Assembly (NCBI GenBank): GCA_963665095.1
Contig: OY762069.1
Span: 4,416,001 to 4,480,000, forward strand
Direction of reading: 5' to 3'
Length of the DNA: 64,000 nucleotides
From: an uncultured Desulfobacter sp.
Lineage (GTDB): Bacteria > Desulfobacterota > Desulfobacteria > Desulfobacterales > Desulfobacteraceae
The notes beneath the pieces were generated by a model, which was given only the letters and a program-made list of their open reading frames with translations, was not told the DNA's origin and searched no databases. Below, one piece after another: positions 21,554 through 30,199 of the stretch; the stretch's first letter is position 1, and every line of letters starts with the position of its first letter. A program made the position numbers and the translations under genes.

Positions 21554-22708
21554 TTGTATTTATCAAAAACTATCGAATCGTTAAGGTTCAGCGTAATTCG
21601 AGAGATGAGCCAGATCGCGGCACAGTACCAGGACGTTATCACCCTTGGTATTGGCGAGCCGGACTTTGACACCCCGGCACCCATCATTGAAAAAGCCTTT
21701 GCCGATGCAAAGCAGGGACACACCCATTACACCCCGGCAAAGGGGGACCCTGAACTTATAGAAAAATTGTCTGTCTGCCTGTCCGAAGACTTGGGAAGAT
21801 CTATCTCCCCAGCGTGCATTATGGCAACCCACGGTGCCATGAACGGTCTTGCCACAGCTTTTCGAACCCTGATGGATCCGGGGGATGAAATCATCGTCAT
21901 TGAACCCCACTTCCCCGATTATCTGGCCCATATCACCTTTGCCCATGCAGTTCCCAGGTTTGTGCCATCCCGCTTTGAAGATGGTTTCGTGCCCGACCCG
22001 GCAGATATTGAGGCTGCCGTCACTTCCAGAACAAGGATCATTCTTCTTAATTCACCCAATAACCCCACAGGAACAGTCATGCCGGCCGATGTTCTGGAAC
22101 AGATTGCCGCCATTGCCAGGGACAAGGATCTTTGTGTGGTGTCGGATGAAGTATACGACCGCATCTCTTTCAAAGGGAGGCCCGCATCTATATATAACTT
22201 TACCGGCATGGCAGACAGAACCGTTGTGCTAAACTCCTTTTCCAAAACCTATGCCATGACCGGATGGCGTGTGGGGTTTGCCTATGGGCCTGAATCTGTC
22301 ATCTCCGAGATGACCAAGGTGGCCAATTATGCCACCGGGTGCCCGTCCAGTGTGGGACAGCGGGCAGCCATTGCGGCTCTGGATACACCGGCCGAGATTA
22401 TCCAGGAGATGTCAGATACCTTTGAACGGCGCATGGACCTGGTTTACGCCCGCCTTGAGGCCATGCCCGGCATCCGGGTCAGGCGGCCGGAAGGAAGTTT
22501 TTATCTGTTTGCCGACATATCTGCAGTGTCCACGGACTCCAGGCAATTTGCCCTGGACCTGATCAAAGAGGAGCAGGTGGTGGTGGTACCGGGATACCCG
22601 TTCGGACCGTCCTGCGACGGGTGCATCCGGATTGCCTGCACCGTGAATCGTCAGCGGCTGAGCCAGGCCATGGACCGGCTGGAAAGATTTCTTGCCGCCA
22701 GAACCTAA
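21554..22708 (+). CDS. Class I/II PLP-dependent aminotransferase
   Basis: LGIGEPDF, NSPNNPTG, SDEVY, SFSKTYAMTGWRVG. Likely TTG start at 21554 after AAAGGA. Confidence 0.92.
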   Translation: MYLSKTIESLRFSVIREMSQIAAQYQDVITLGIGEPDFDTPAPIIEKAFADAKQGHTHYTPAKGDPELIEKLSVCLSEDLGRSISPACIMATHGAMNGLATAFRTLMDPGDEIIVIEPHFPDYLAHITFAHAVPRFVPSRFEDGFVPDPADIEAAVTSRTRIILLNSPNNPTGTVMPADVLEQIAAIARDKDLCVVSDEVYDRISFKGRPASIYNFTGMADRTVVLNSFSKTYAMTGWRVGFAYGPESVISEMTKVANYATGCPSSVGQRAAIAALDTPAEIIQEMSDTFERRMDLVYARLEAMPGIRVRRPEGSFYLFADISAVSTDSRQFALDLIKEEQVVVVPGYPFGPSCDGCIRIACTVNRQRLSQAMDRLERFLAART

Positions 22709-22805
22709 AAATCCAGGGCCGGAAAATCCAGAACCAATAAATTATGACCGAAAAATACCAATAGAAGGGCAGGGTTCTTCGTCTGACGAAAAGTTGCCCA
22801 GATGC

Positions 22806-22831
22806 AAGGGGGCTTACATGGCCCCCTTTTT
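22806..22831 (+). terminator. Intrinsic terminator between the convergent aminotransferase and Crp/Fnr genes
   Basis: AAGGGGGC-ttacatg-GCCCCCTT followed by TTT. Confidence 0.7.
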
Positions 22832-22847
22832 CATTTTAAAAATATTT

Positions 22848-23567
22848 TTACAAGCGGCCGGTGTGGGACAACTCATCGAGGCCTTCCCGGTCCTGGATTA
22901 CGATTTTTTTTCCTTCCGCCCTTATTAAACCGGCCTGGTCCATCCGCTTGAATATGCGGGATATGGTTTCAGGCGTTGTCCCGATGAGACTGGCCAGTTG
23001 AACTTTTGACACGGGCAGGGTCACCGTTGCATTTACCTCCGCCTTTTTCCCGGACTGTCCCTTTTTTAAAATCCTCGCCCCTTCCCTGGACAGAGTCAGA
23101 AGATAGGCGGCCAGTCGGGCAGGCACCTCTTTAAGGCTTAAATGTTCAATCTGAACTGTAAATTCCCGCAACCGTCGGGACAAATCCGCCAGCATGTTCA
23201 TGGCAAGGGCAGGGCTCTTTGTAATCTGCGCCACAAATGCATCTCTTGGCAGAAATAAAATTTTGGATGGATCCAGGGCCATGGATGAGGCAGGAAAACT
23301 GGTGCCCTGGAACACCGGCACTTCCCCGAAAATGTGGCCAGGCCCGTAAATATGCAGAATCTGCTCCTTTCCCTCAAAGGAGATCTTGAACACCTTTATC
23401 TTTCCCTCAACCACAAGATAAAACCCTTTGCCGGGATCCCCTTCATTAAATATCATTTCACCCCTTTCAATATCCATTGTACGGGATAACGCAAAAAGGG
23501 CCTCCCGCTGGTCCCGGGTAAGGCCTGAAAAAAGGGGAATGGCATGTAAATGAGCGTCCATGGACAA
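22848..23567 (-). CDS. Crp/Fnr family regulator, HcpR/Dnr-like (no FNR Fe-S cysteines)
   Basis: cNMP-type domain (IFNEGD...GKIKVFK...FGEVPVF); HTH LASLIGTTPETISR. Confidence 0.9.
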   Translation of the reverse strand: MSMDAHLHAIPLFSGLTRDQREALFALSRTMDIERGEMIFNEGDPGKGFYLVVEGKIKVFKISFEGKEQILHIYGPGHIFGEVPVFQGTSFPASSMALDPSKILFLPRDAFVAQITKSPALAMNMLADLSRRLREFTVQIEHLSLKEVPARLAAYLLTLSREGARILKKGQSGKKAEVNATVTLPVSKVQLASLIGTTPETISRIFKRMDQAGLIRAEGKKIVIQDREGLDELSHTGRL

Positions 23568-23622
23568 CCTTTATTTTTAATGGGGTTCGTATGCCCAGCA
23601 GAAACATAGAAAAATGGGCACT

Positions 23623-23638
23623 CTTGATCCAGATCAAG
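23623..23638. promoter_or_regulatory. FNR/HcpR-type binding box
   Basis: Perfect cTTGAT-ccag-ATCAAg palindrome in the divergent intergenic region. Confidence 0.8.
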
Positions 23639-23781
23639 TTTTTCTTTCAACGTCTATAGTAAGTTCAAGTCAGGATGTAAAGTGATCCGGCATAATTGCA
23701 CAGGTGGAGAAGCGACTTATCTTATTTTTAATACAGTGCTTTTCATCCGACTTCACCAACATAGACACTGGAGGGAAAACC

Positions 23782-24513
23782 ATGAAATGTCCAGGACAGG
23801 ATACACAATACTGGGGGGCGGACGCCATTTATGAAAGCCTTTGCCCTGAGTGCGGTAAGCCTTTGGAGTTCTTCAAGGACGATACCACCCGGAAATGCCC
23901 CCATTGCAGCAAAAAAATAGTAAATCCCAAAATGGATTTTGGCTGCGCCTCCTACTGCCAGTTTGCCGAGCAGTGTTTGGGCACCCTTCCGGAAGGTTTT
24001 ATTGCAGGGCAGGAAGATCTTTTAAAGGATAAAGTTGCCGTTGAAATGAAGCGGTATTTTGAAAAGGATTTTAAACGAATCGGCCATGCTGCCAAGGTGG
24101 CGCGGTATGCGGATCTCCTTTTAAAGAAAGAAAAGGCTGATCCTGCCGTGGTCATGTGTGCCGCCTATCTGCATGACATCGGAATAAAAAATGCAGAAAA
24201 AAAATTCAACTCATCTGCCGCCCGTTACCAGGAACAGGAGGGCCCTCCTGTGGCCGGAAAGATCCTTGAAAAACTGAACGCCAGGCAGGAACTCATTGAC
24301 GAAGTGTGTGACATCATAGGCCATCATCATAGTCCGAGATCGGAAGAAACCATCAATTTTAAAATTCTTTATGATGCAGATATGCTCGTGAATATGGAAG
24401 AGTGTCATGGGCATAAAGATCTTGACCCCGTAACCTTTTCCAAAAAAATTGACCGACTTTTTTTGACACAAGCAGGCAGGGGCCTTGCCAAAAAAGTATT
24501 GATGGAAGCATAG
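23782..24513 (+). CDS. HD-domain protein with Cys-rich N-terminus
   Basis: MKCPGQD...CPECG...CPHC...CASYCQFAEQC, then H...AYLHDIG...IGHHH...DAD. RBS GGAGG before 23782. Confidence 0.85.
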   Translation: MKCPGQDTQYWGADAIYESLCPECGKPLEFFKDDTTRKCPHCSKKIVNPKMDFGCASYCQFAEQCLGTLPEGFIAGQEDLLKDKVAVEMKRYFEKDFKRIGHAAKVARYADLLLKKEKADPAVVMCAAYLHDIGIKNAEKKFNSSAARYQEQEGPPVAGKILEKLNARQELIDEVCDIIGHHHSPRSEETINFKILYDADMLVNMEECHGHKDLDPVTFSKKIDRLFLTQAGRGLAKKVLMEA

Positions 24514-24550
24514 CCCCGGTTACCCGAAAGGGTATTGCAATTAAAGAATC

Positions 24551-25240
24551 TCACTTTTTACCGGGTTTAGAAAGGGTGATCACCCGGGAACACATACGGG
24601 CCGTGCTGCCCCGGTCATGGGAAATAAAGAGCAGGGCCATGTCGGAATTTTCCCGGATGGCGGTCAGGTGCGCAATGATGTCTGCCTGCAGGGGCAGGTC
24701 CAGACCGCAGAGCGCCTCATCGCAGATCAGCAGTTCCGGTGCCACGGCCAGGGCCCGGGCAATGGCAGCCCGCTGACACTGCCCGCCGGAAAGCATGCCC
24801 GGCCGGCACCGGCCAAGGCCAGGATCAAGCCCCATGGCCTGCATCAGTTCCTCTGCCCGGTCCCGGCGCGTTTTCACTGACCCCATTCCAAAAGCAGCCA
24901 TGGGTTCAATGATGGATGCGCGCACCGGCAAAAAGGGATTCAGATAAACAAAAGGGTCCTGCCAGACCATCTGAACCTTCCGGTAAAACTTGCGACTCGG
25001 CCTTGTTTTTGGGTCACAGACAAGTTTCTCTCTTAAAAAAACCCGGCCTTTATCGGGTGGTTCAACGCCCAGAATAATACGCGAAACCGTGCTTTTCCCA
25101 ATGCCACTGGGTCCGGAAAGCCCCACGGCTTCTCCGGGACGGATATCCAGGTTGAAATCCGACAGTACAGTTACTTTTTCTTTGCCGCGCCCAGTATACG
25201 CCTTGCTGATACCTTCCATATGCAGAAGCCGGGAACTCAT
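24551..25240 (-). CDS. Nik/Opp-type ABC transporter ATP-binding protein
   Basis: GPSGIGKST, LSGGQCQR, ICDE, FISHD. Confidence 0.9.
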   Translation of the reverse strand: MSSRLLHMEGISKAYTGRGKEKVTVLSDFNLDIRPGEAVGLSGPSGIGKSTVSRIILGVEPPDKGRVFLREKLVCDPKTRPSRKFYRKVQMVWQDPFVYLNPFLPVRASIIEPMAAFGMGSVKTRRDRAEELMQAMGLDPGLGRCRPGMLSGGQCQRAAIARALAVAPELLICDEALCGLDLPLQADIIAHLTAIRENSDMALLFISHDRGSTARMCSRVITLSKPGKK

Positions 25241-26070
25241 AAGCCTGCACCTTCCATAAATTTCATGGCACTGACCAGTTCCCGGGTGTGGACATGGTAT
25301 GGATTATCAATTATATCCCGGGCAGGGCCAGCCTCTACCTGCCTGCCGTTATATATAACAACCAGTTCCCGGGCAAGCCCCTGGAGGCCTCTTAAATCAT
25401 GGGAAATTATAATAACAGCTGTCCCGCCATTTTCCGTAAGGTCCCTCAAACCTTTGGTCACCAGCCCCTTATTGATATCATCCTGGCCTGTAACGGGCTC
25501 ATCGGCAATGAGGATCCGGGGCCGGACAGCCAGGGCAAGGGCCATCAGAGCTCGCTGGCGCTGGCCCCCGCTGAGTTCAAAGGGATAGCGGTCAAAGGCT
25601 TCGACATTTAGACCGGCTTTTTCCAGCGACTGGATGGCCGCAGACTTGAAATTCCCGTTATGAACCTGACCTCCCGCCTCTTTACCGCCATTTTTTCCAG
25701 CAACGGCGGCTATGGCATCGGTAATATGGACTCCGATCTTTATCCAGGGGTCCAGGGCCCTGGACGGGCTTTGGAACAGCATCATCACATCCTGGCCACT
25801 AATCAATGCTTTCCGGGCCCCCTTTTCCGGCACCACAGGGTCTCCCATGAACCGGACCTTACCTTTGCGCACCTTAAGCGGGGGCGGTAGAATCCCTGCC
25901 AGAGCAAGGGCTGTCAAGGTTTTTCCGGACCCGCTTCTGCCGGTTATGCCCAGAATCTGTCCTGGTTCCAGACAAAAGTTGACCCCTTCAACCAGGTTTG
26001 CACCTGAGTGTTTACCGGAAGCTGTGATACAAAGGTCGTTAACTGTGAGCAGGGCATTTTCAGGCATCAT
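25237..26070 (-). CDS. Nik/Opp-type ABC transporter ATP-binding protein
   Basis: GRSGSGKT, YPFELSGGQRQR, IADEP, ISHDL. Confidence 0.9.
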   Translation of the reverse strand: MMPENALLTVNDLCITASGKHSGANLVEGVNFCLEPGQILGITGRSGSGKTLTALALAGILPPPLKVRKGKVRFMGDPVVPEKGARKALISGQDVMMLFQSPSRALDPWIKIGVHITDAIAAVAGKNGGKEAGGQVHNGNFKSAAIQSLEKAGLNVEAFDRYPFELSGGQRQRALMALALAVRPRILIADEPVTGQDDINKGLVTKGLRDLTENGGTAVIIISHDLRGLQGLARELVVIYNGRQVEAGPARDIIDNPYHVHTRELVSAMKFMEGAGL

Positions 26071-26875
26071 GAAATTCCTTTTGAAAGGCCTTTCCCGTAA
26101 GGTTCAGGGCAGCCACCACCAGGGTGATGGCAATGCCGGGGGAAAACACCAGCCAGGGTGCCCGGACCATGTAAATACCTGCTTCCTGGAGCATGCGCCC
26201 AAGTTCCGGTGTTGGAGGAGGAGGGCCTAACCCAAGATAGCTCAGGCCTGCGAATGCCAGGATCAGCCGGCCGGTCTTCAGCGACGCCCCGGCAAGTACC
26301 GGGTTTTTAAACTGGGGCAGGATATAGGCCAAAATGATTCTTGAGGGAGTCAGACCGGCTGTCCGGGCGGCCAGCACAAACTCTTTCCGGGCAGCGGACA
26401 ATGCAAGTCCCCGGATCAGGCGGGCCCACCAGGGCCAGTTGGCGGCGGCAAGCCCGATCACCAGCCCCTGCATGGTTCCGCCGGCAAGGCCTGCAAAAAC
26501 AATGGCCAGAATCAGCCCGGGTATGGCCAGCCCCATATCAATCAACGCCTGCAGCAGTAGGGCAACCCAACCCCTGGCAAGAGCCGCCCCAATACCGATC
26601 ACGGCCCCGGCACTCACGGCCAGGGCAGACGCTGCCAGGGCTCCGCCCAGGGAGAGACGAAGCCCCCAGACAACCCGGGACAGAATACACCGCCCCAGCT
26701 GGTCTGTTCCCAGAGGATACGCCACGCAGGGAGGCGTCAGTCTGCAGGCAAGATCAGCTGCAAGGGGATCTTTGGGAGCAAGCCAGGGGGCCAGAAAGGC
26801 AGTCAGCCCTATAAGCAGGCAGAGCGCAAGACTTGCTGCCACAGACAGATGGATTCCTGTTTCTATTTTTTTCAC
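26060..26875 (-). CDS. ABC permease (NikC/OppC-like)
   Basis: PLGTDQLGRCILSR, EFVLAARTAG, GLSYLGLG. Likely GTG start at 26875 overlapping the upstream TGA. Confidence 0.88.
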   Translation of the reverse strand: MKKIETGIHLSVAASLALCLLIGLTAFLAPWLAPKDPLAADLACRLTPPCVAYPLGTDQLGRCILSRVVWGLRLSLGGALAASALAVSAGAVIGIGAALARGWVALLLQALIDMGLAIPGLILAIVFAGLAGGTMQGLVIGLAAANWPWWARLIRGLALSAARKEFVLAARTAGLTPSRIILAYILPQFKNPVLAGASLKTGRLILAFAGLSYLGLGPPPPTPELGRMLQEAGIYMVRAPWLVFSPGIAITLVVAALNLTGKAFQKEFHDA

Positions 26876-27825
26876 GGATTGGCCCTCACCTGGGGATCCA
26901 GACGCCGATGAACGAGGTCTGTCAAGCTGTTCACAATGACAAAGGTCAGGCAGATGAGCAGTACAAGGGCCTGGACCATGGGAATATCTCTTGCCATTAC
27001 CGCCTGGACCGTGAGCCGCCCCAAACCAGGTCTGGCAAACACGGATTCCACAATCATGGCACCGCCCAGAAGCTGGCCAAGACAGACCCCCCACAAGGAG
27101 ATCATGGGCACCAGGGCATGGGGCAGGATGTGACGGAATAAAATTTTAAATGATGAAAGCCCCCGGGTCCGGGCAAAGGAAATGAAATCCGCATCCATGG
27201 TTTTTATCAAAGAGGCCCGCAACATGCTGCCCTGAAGCAGTCCAATACTTAAGGCAAGGGAAAATGCCGGCAGAATGACATGGGCGAGCGACCCCTTTCC
27301 GCTCACCGGTAAAAGCCCCAATTGCAGGGACATCAGCCAGGCAAGCATGATTCCCAGCCAAAACGGAGGCGTGGCAGAGGAGACAACCGTAAGAGCAGCA
27401 ATAAGATGGTCGGGAAACCTGTGCCGGAAGACGGCTGCAAGCATACCGCAGACCAGGGACAAGACCACCACCATGAAAAATGCCGCCAGCGCCAGCTCCA
27501 GGGTGGCGGGCAGACTTAAGGCGATCTCCTGAACAATGGGTCTTCCTGTCTGCCAGCTTACGCCCAGATCGCCGGTGCAGATTCTGCCCATCCAGCACAG
27601 GTACTGAATGGACCAGTGCCGGTCCAGGGAAAGGGTGTGCCGCAATGCCTCAATCTGTTCCCGGCCTGGAGCCTGACTCTGGTTGGACAAAATAATTTCC
27701 GCAGGATCGCCCGGACTAAAAGCAAAAAGAATGAAGGTGCATAAGCTGATGCCCCACAAAACAAAACAAAGGTACGCCACTCGCTTTACCCAGTTGGGGA
27801 CAATGATCATGGACGCCTCCTTCAT
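26872..27825 (-). CDS. ABC permease (NikB/OppB-like)
   Basis: PGDPA, GDLGVS, LPATLELA, FARTRGLS, VESVFARPGLG. Confidence 0.9.
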   Translation of the reverse strand: MKEASMIIVPNWVKRVAYLCFVLWGISLCTFILFAFSPGDPAEIILSNQSQAPGREQIEALRHTLSLDRHWSIQYLCWMGRICTGDLGVSWQTGRPIVQEIALSLPATLELALAAFFMVVVLSLVCGMLAAVFRHRFPDHLIAALTVVSSATPPFWLGIMLAWLMSLQLGLLPVSGKGSLAHVILPAFSLALSIGLLQGSMLRASLIKTMDADFISFARTRGLSSFKILFRHILPHALVPMISLWGVCLGQLLGGAMIVESVFARPGLGRLTVQAVMARDIPMVQALVLLICLTFVIVNSLTDLVHRRLDPQVRANP

Positions 27826-28697
27826 TCAAGTAACTTAGGTGGAACAGGCCAGCTGATCATGGCGGCACCGGACTGTCCTTCAAGATAGATATGACCGTTT
27901 TTTACAAAAGGATGGAGGACTTCGTCAATGGCCTTGTCCAGAGACCGCCCTGCTGCCCCGAGCATGCTGAAGTAGATTTTATAATAATCTCTGACCTGTT
28001 CCAGTTCCATGTCCAGAACTACCGGCAGAGACAGGCGGTAAATGCTGGGATTTCGGCCGGTCTGCTTTAAAAAATTTTCAGCACAGGTCAGATGACTGCC
28101 TGCAGTGGCGCACGGGATATCCATGACCCTGGCCCAGATCTGCCGGTAGAATGGGAAGGCAGGCCCGCCTGTTCCAACGACCAGGACACAGTCCTGTTTA
28201 GCCAGATGTTCCATGCGCGAAACGCCTTCTGGACAAAAAGCTTCCGGGAAAAACGCCGCCACAACCAGGTCATGGTCCGGTGTGAGGTCCATATTATTCC
28301 AGTCTGCTGCCAAAGGAACAATGTTGACGCCCCCTTTGGTGACAATTTTTTCTTCCAGCACCCGGATCATGGCACAGGAGAGATCCATGGCCGTGACCCG
28401 ACATTGATGGGCAGCCAGAGCCAGGGAGAAGGCCCCCGGACCGCAGCCGATTTCAAGAATGGATTTCCCGGCGCTTACGATCCTGCAGTCCGCCAGGGCG
28501 GATGCCATCTCATGGGCCGCAGCATCACCGATTCCAGCCACCTTTTCCCAGACGTCTGCAACTTGATCATAAAAATTCCGCCATTTTTCCGGATCTGCTT
28601 CCTGGGATTTTTTTAGAAAGGAATTTTTACCCAGATTTACCCAGCGCTCACCCCACGCTTCAGGCTCCTGGGAATCGGTCAAAGGGGAATTCATCAC
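27822..28697 (-). CDS. Class I SAM-dependent methyltransferase inside the ABC operon
   Basis: ILEIGCGPG, VTAMDLS. Overlapping start/stop with both neighbours. Confidence 0.85.
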   Translation of the reverse strand: MMNSPLTDSQEPEAWGERWVNLGKNSFLKKSQEADPEKWRNFYDQVADVWEKVAGIGDAAAHEMASALADCRIVSAGKSILEIGCGPGAFSLALAAHQCRVTAMDLSCAMIRVLEEKIVTKGGVNIVPLAADWNNMDLTPDHDLVVAAFFPEAFCPEGVSRMEHLAKQDCVLVVGTGGPAFPFYRQIWARVMDIPCATAGSHLTCAENFLKQTGRNPSIYRLSLPVVLDMELEQVRDYYKIYFSMLGAAGRSLDKAIDEVLHPFVKNGHIYLEGQSGAAMISWPVPPKLLE

Positions 28698-30199
28698 CGG
28701 GCCGGCCTTGCCTGAACCAGCAGGGGCCTGAAACTGTGGTCCATGCCGAAGAATGCCAGCCGATCGGTATAAGCGAAGAATGAAATATCATGATACAAAG
28801 GCAGAAGGGGCAGATCTTCAGCAAACCATTGGGACAGATGTCTGTAGATATCTTTCTGTCCGCCGGCAGTTGTACTATGCAGCCCCCGGGCAATGAGATC
28901 GTCTGTCGCAGGGCTGGAACACCCGTAGCTGCGCGGACCATCCGATGCCAGATAGTATGAATAGAAAAAATCCGGCTCCCCTGTCATCAGGGTGTTGGGT
29001 TGAAGCGCAATACTGAAGCGCCCCTCTTTCATCTCCTTGTAATATGCCCCTGGTTCCCGCATATGGATGGCGGCCTTGAAGCCATACCTGCTGAGCTGCA
29101 TCTGGATGAACTGGGCAATATCCAGGTAGGGCCAGCGTTCCACCGTACCGGAATGAAGAAGAATTTCCACTGGCGCTTTGCCAGGCTTCTTTACCGGCAC
29201 CCAGTTGCCGTCAAGATGCCCGAAACACCATTGCCTGGCCAGTGGGGTATACGGATCCTTTGCCACACGGCCGCATCCGGACACCAGAGCCGCCACAATA
29301 CTTTTCCGGTCAATAATGGAGGCCAGCCACCGGCGGGCACTGTTTTCCTTAAAAGGATCTTTTGCGCAGTTAAACACCAGATAATGGGTGGTGGCTACCT
29401 CAACACTTTTTAAAATCAGTCCCGGTACATTTTTAAAGGTGTCCACCTGCTGGGGAAGGATGGCGCCGACGTCTGCCACGGCATCCACCTCCCGGGCCAT
29501 GAGCGCCATGGCCCGGGTCTGGGCATCGGCAAGAACCCTGAAGATCACCTGTTTGAAGTGGGGTTTGTCCCCCCAGTACCCATCAAAGGCCCCAAGAATG
29601 ATACGGTCTTGGGGCAAGGCCTTTTTCAAATAAAAAGGGCCGGTGCCGGTCACGGTTTTAAGGCGGCCGTCCGGTTCAAAATCCTTGGGGTGAAGCACCG
29701 GGCTCTGGTAATAGGAGATGCGGTTTGGAAAGGCAGGCTCCGGGCGCTTCAGGTGAAACACAAGATCCAGGCAGCCCCGGACCTCCAGGCGTTCCAGGTT
29801 TTTATAGACCCCGGACGGGTCATACCGCGGGCTTGATGCTGTGCGTAGAATGGAGGCCTTTGCCAGTTCCGCAGTCAATGGCGTGTTGTCGTGGAACAGA
29901 ACATTGTCTCTAAGATGAAATATCCATCTGCGGTTTTCATCTTCTGACTCCCAGGAACGGGCCAGCCAGGGACAGGCATTCAGATCTTCATCCAGATAGG
30001 TCAATGCCTCCCAGGTATGTGTGGAGCCGTGCAGATAGGCCCTGCCGGCAGGGCCGTCCAGAAAATCCCGGCCCACCCCGATAATCAGGGTCTGGTCTCT
30101 GTCCAAAATGGTACCGGCACCGGAAAACCCCGGTGCCGAAACCATCCATATAAGTGCCGGTACCAGGAAAATCAGGTACCGGCGTAAGTTAAATAACAT
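28694..30199 (-). CDS. ABC substrate-binding protein, family 5 (NikA/OppA-like)
   Basis: Signal peptide; PWLARSW...WIFHLRDNVLFHD, GTGPFY, YWG, LPLYH. Confidence 0.9.
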   Translation of the reverse strand: MLFNLRRYLIFLVPALIWMVSAPGFSGAGTILDRDQTLIIGVGRDFLDGPAGRAYLHGSTHTWEALTYLDEDLNACPWLARSWESEDENRRWIFHLRDNVLFHDNTPLTAELAKASILRTASSPRYDPSGVYKNLERLEVRGCLDLVFHLKRPEPAFPNRISYYQSPVLHPKDFEPDGRLKTVTGTGPFYLKKALPQDRIILGAFDGYWGDKPHFKQVIFRVLADAQTRAMALMAREVDAVADVGAILPQQVDTFKNVPGLILKSVEVATTHYLVFNCAKDPFKENSARRWLASIIDRKSIVAALVSGCGRVAKDPYTPLARQWCFGHLDGNWVPVKKPGKAPVEILLHSGTVERWPYLDIAQFIQMQLSRYGFKAAIHMREPGAYYKEMKEGRFSIALQPNTLMTGEPDFFYSYYLASDGPRSYGCSSPATDDLIARGLHSTTAGGQKDIYRHLSQWFAEDLPLLPLYHDISFFAYTDRLAFFGMDHSFRPLLVQARPAR

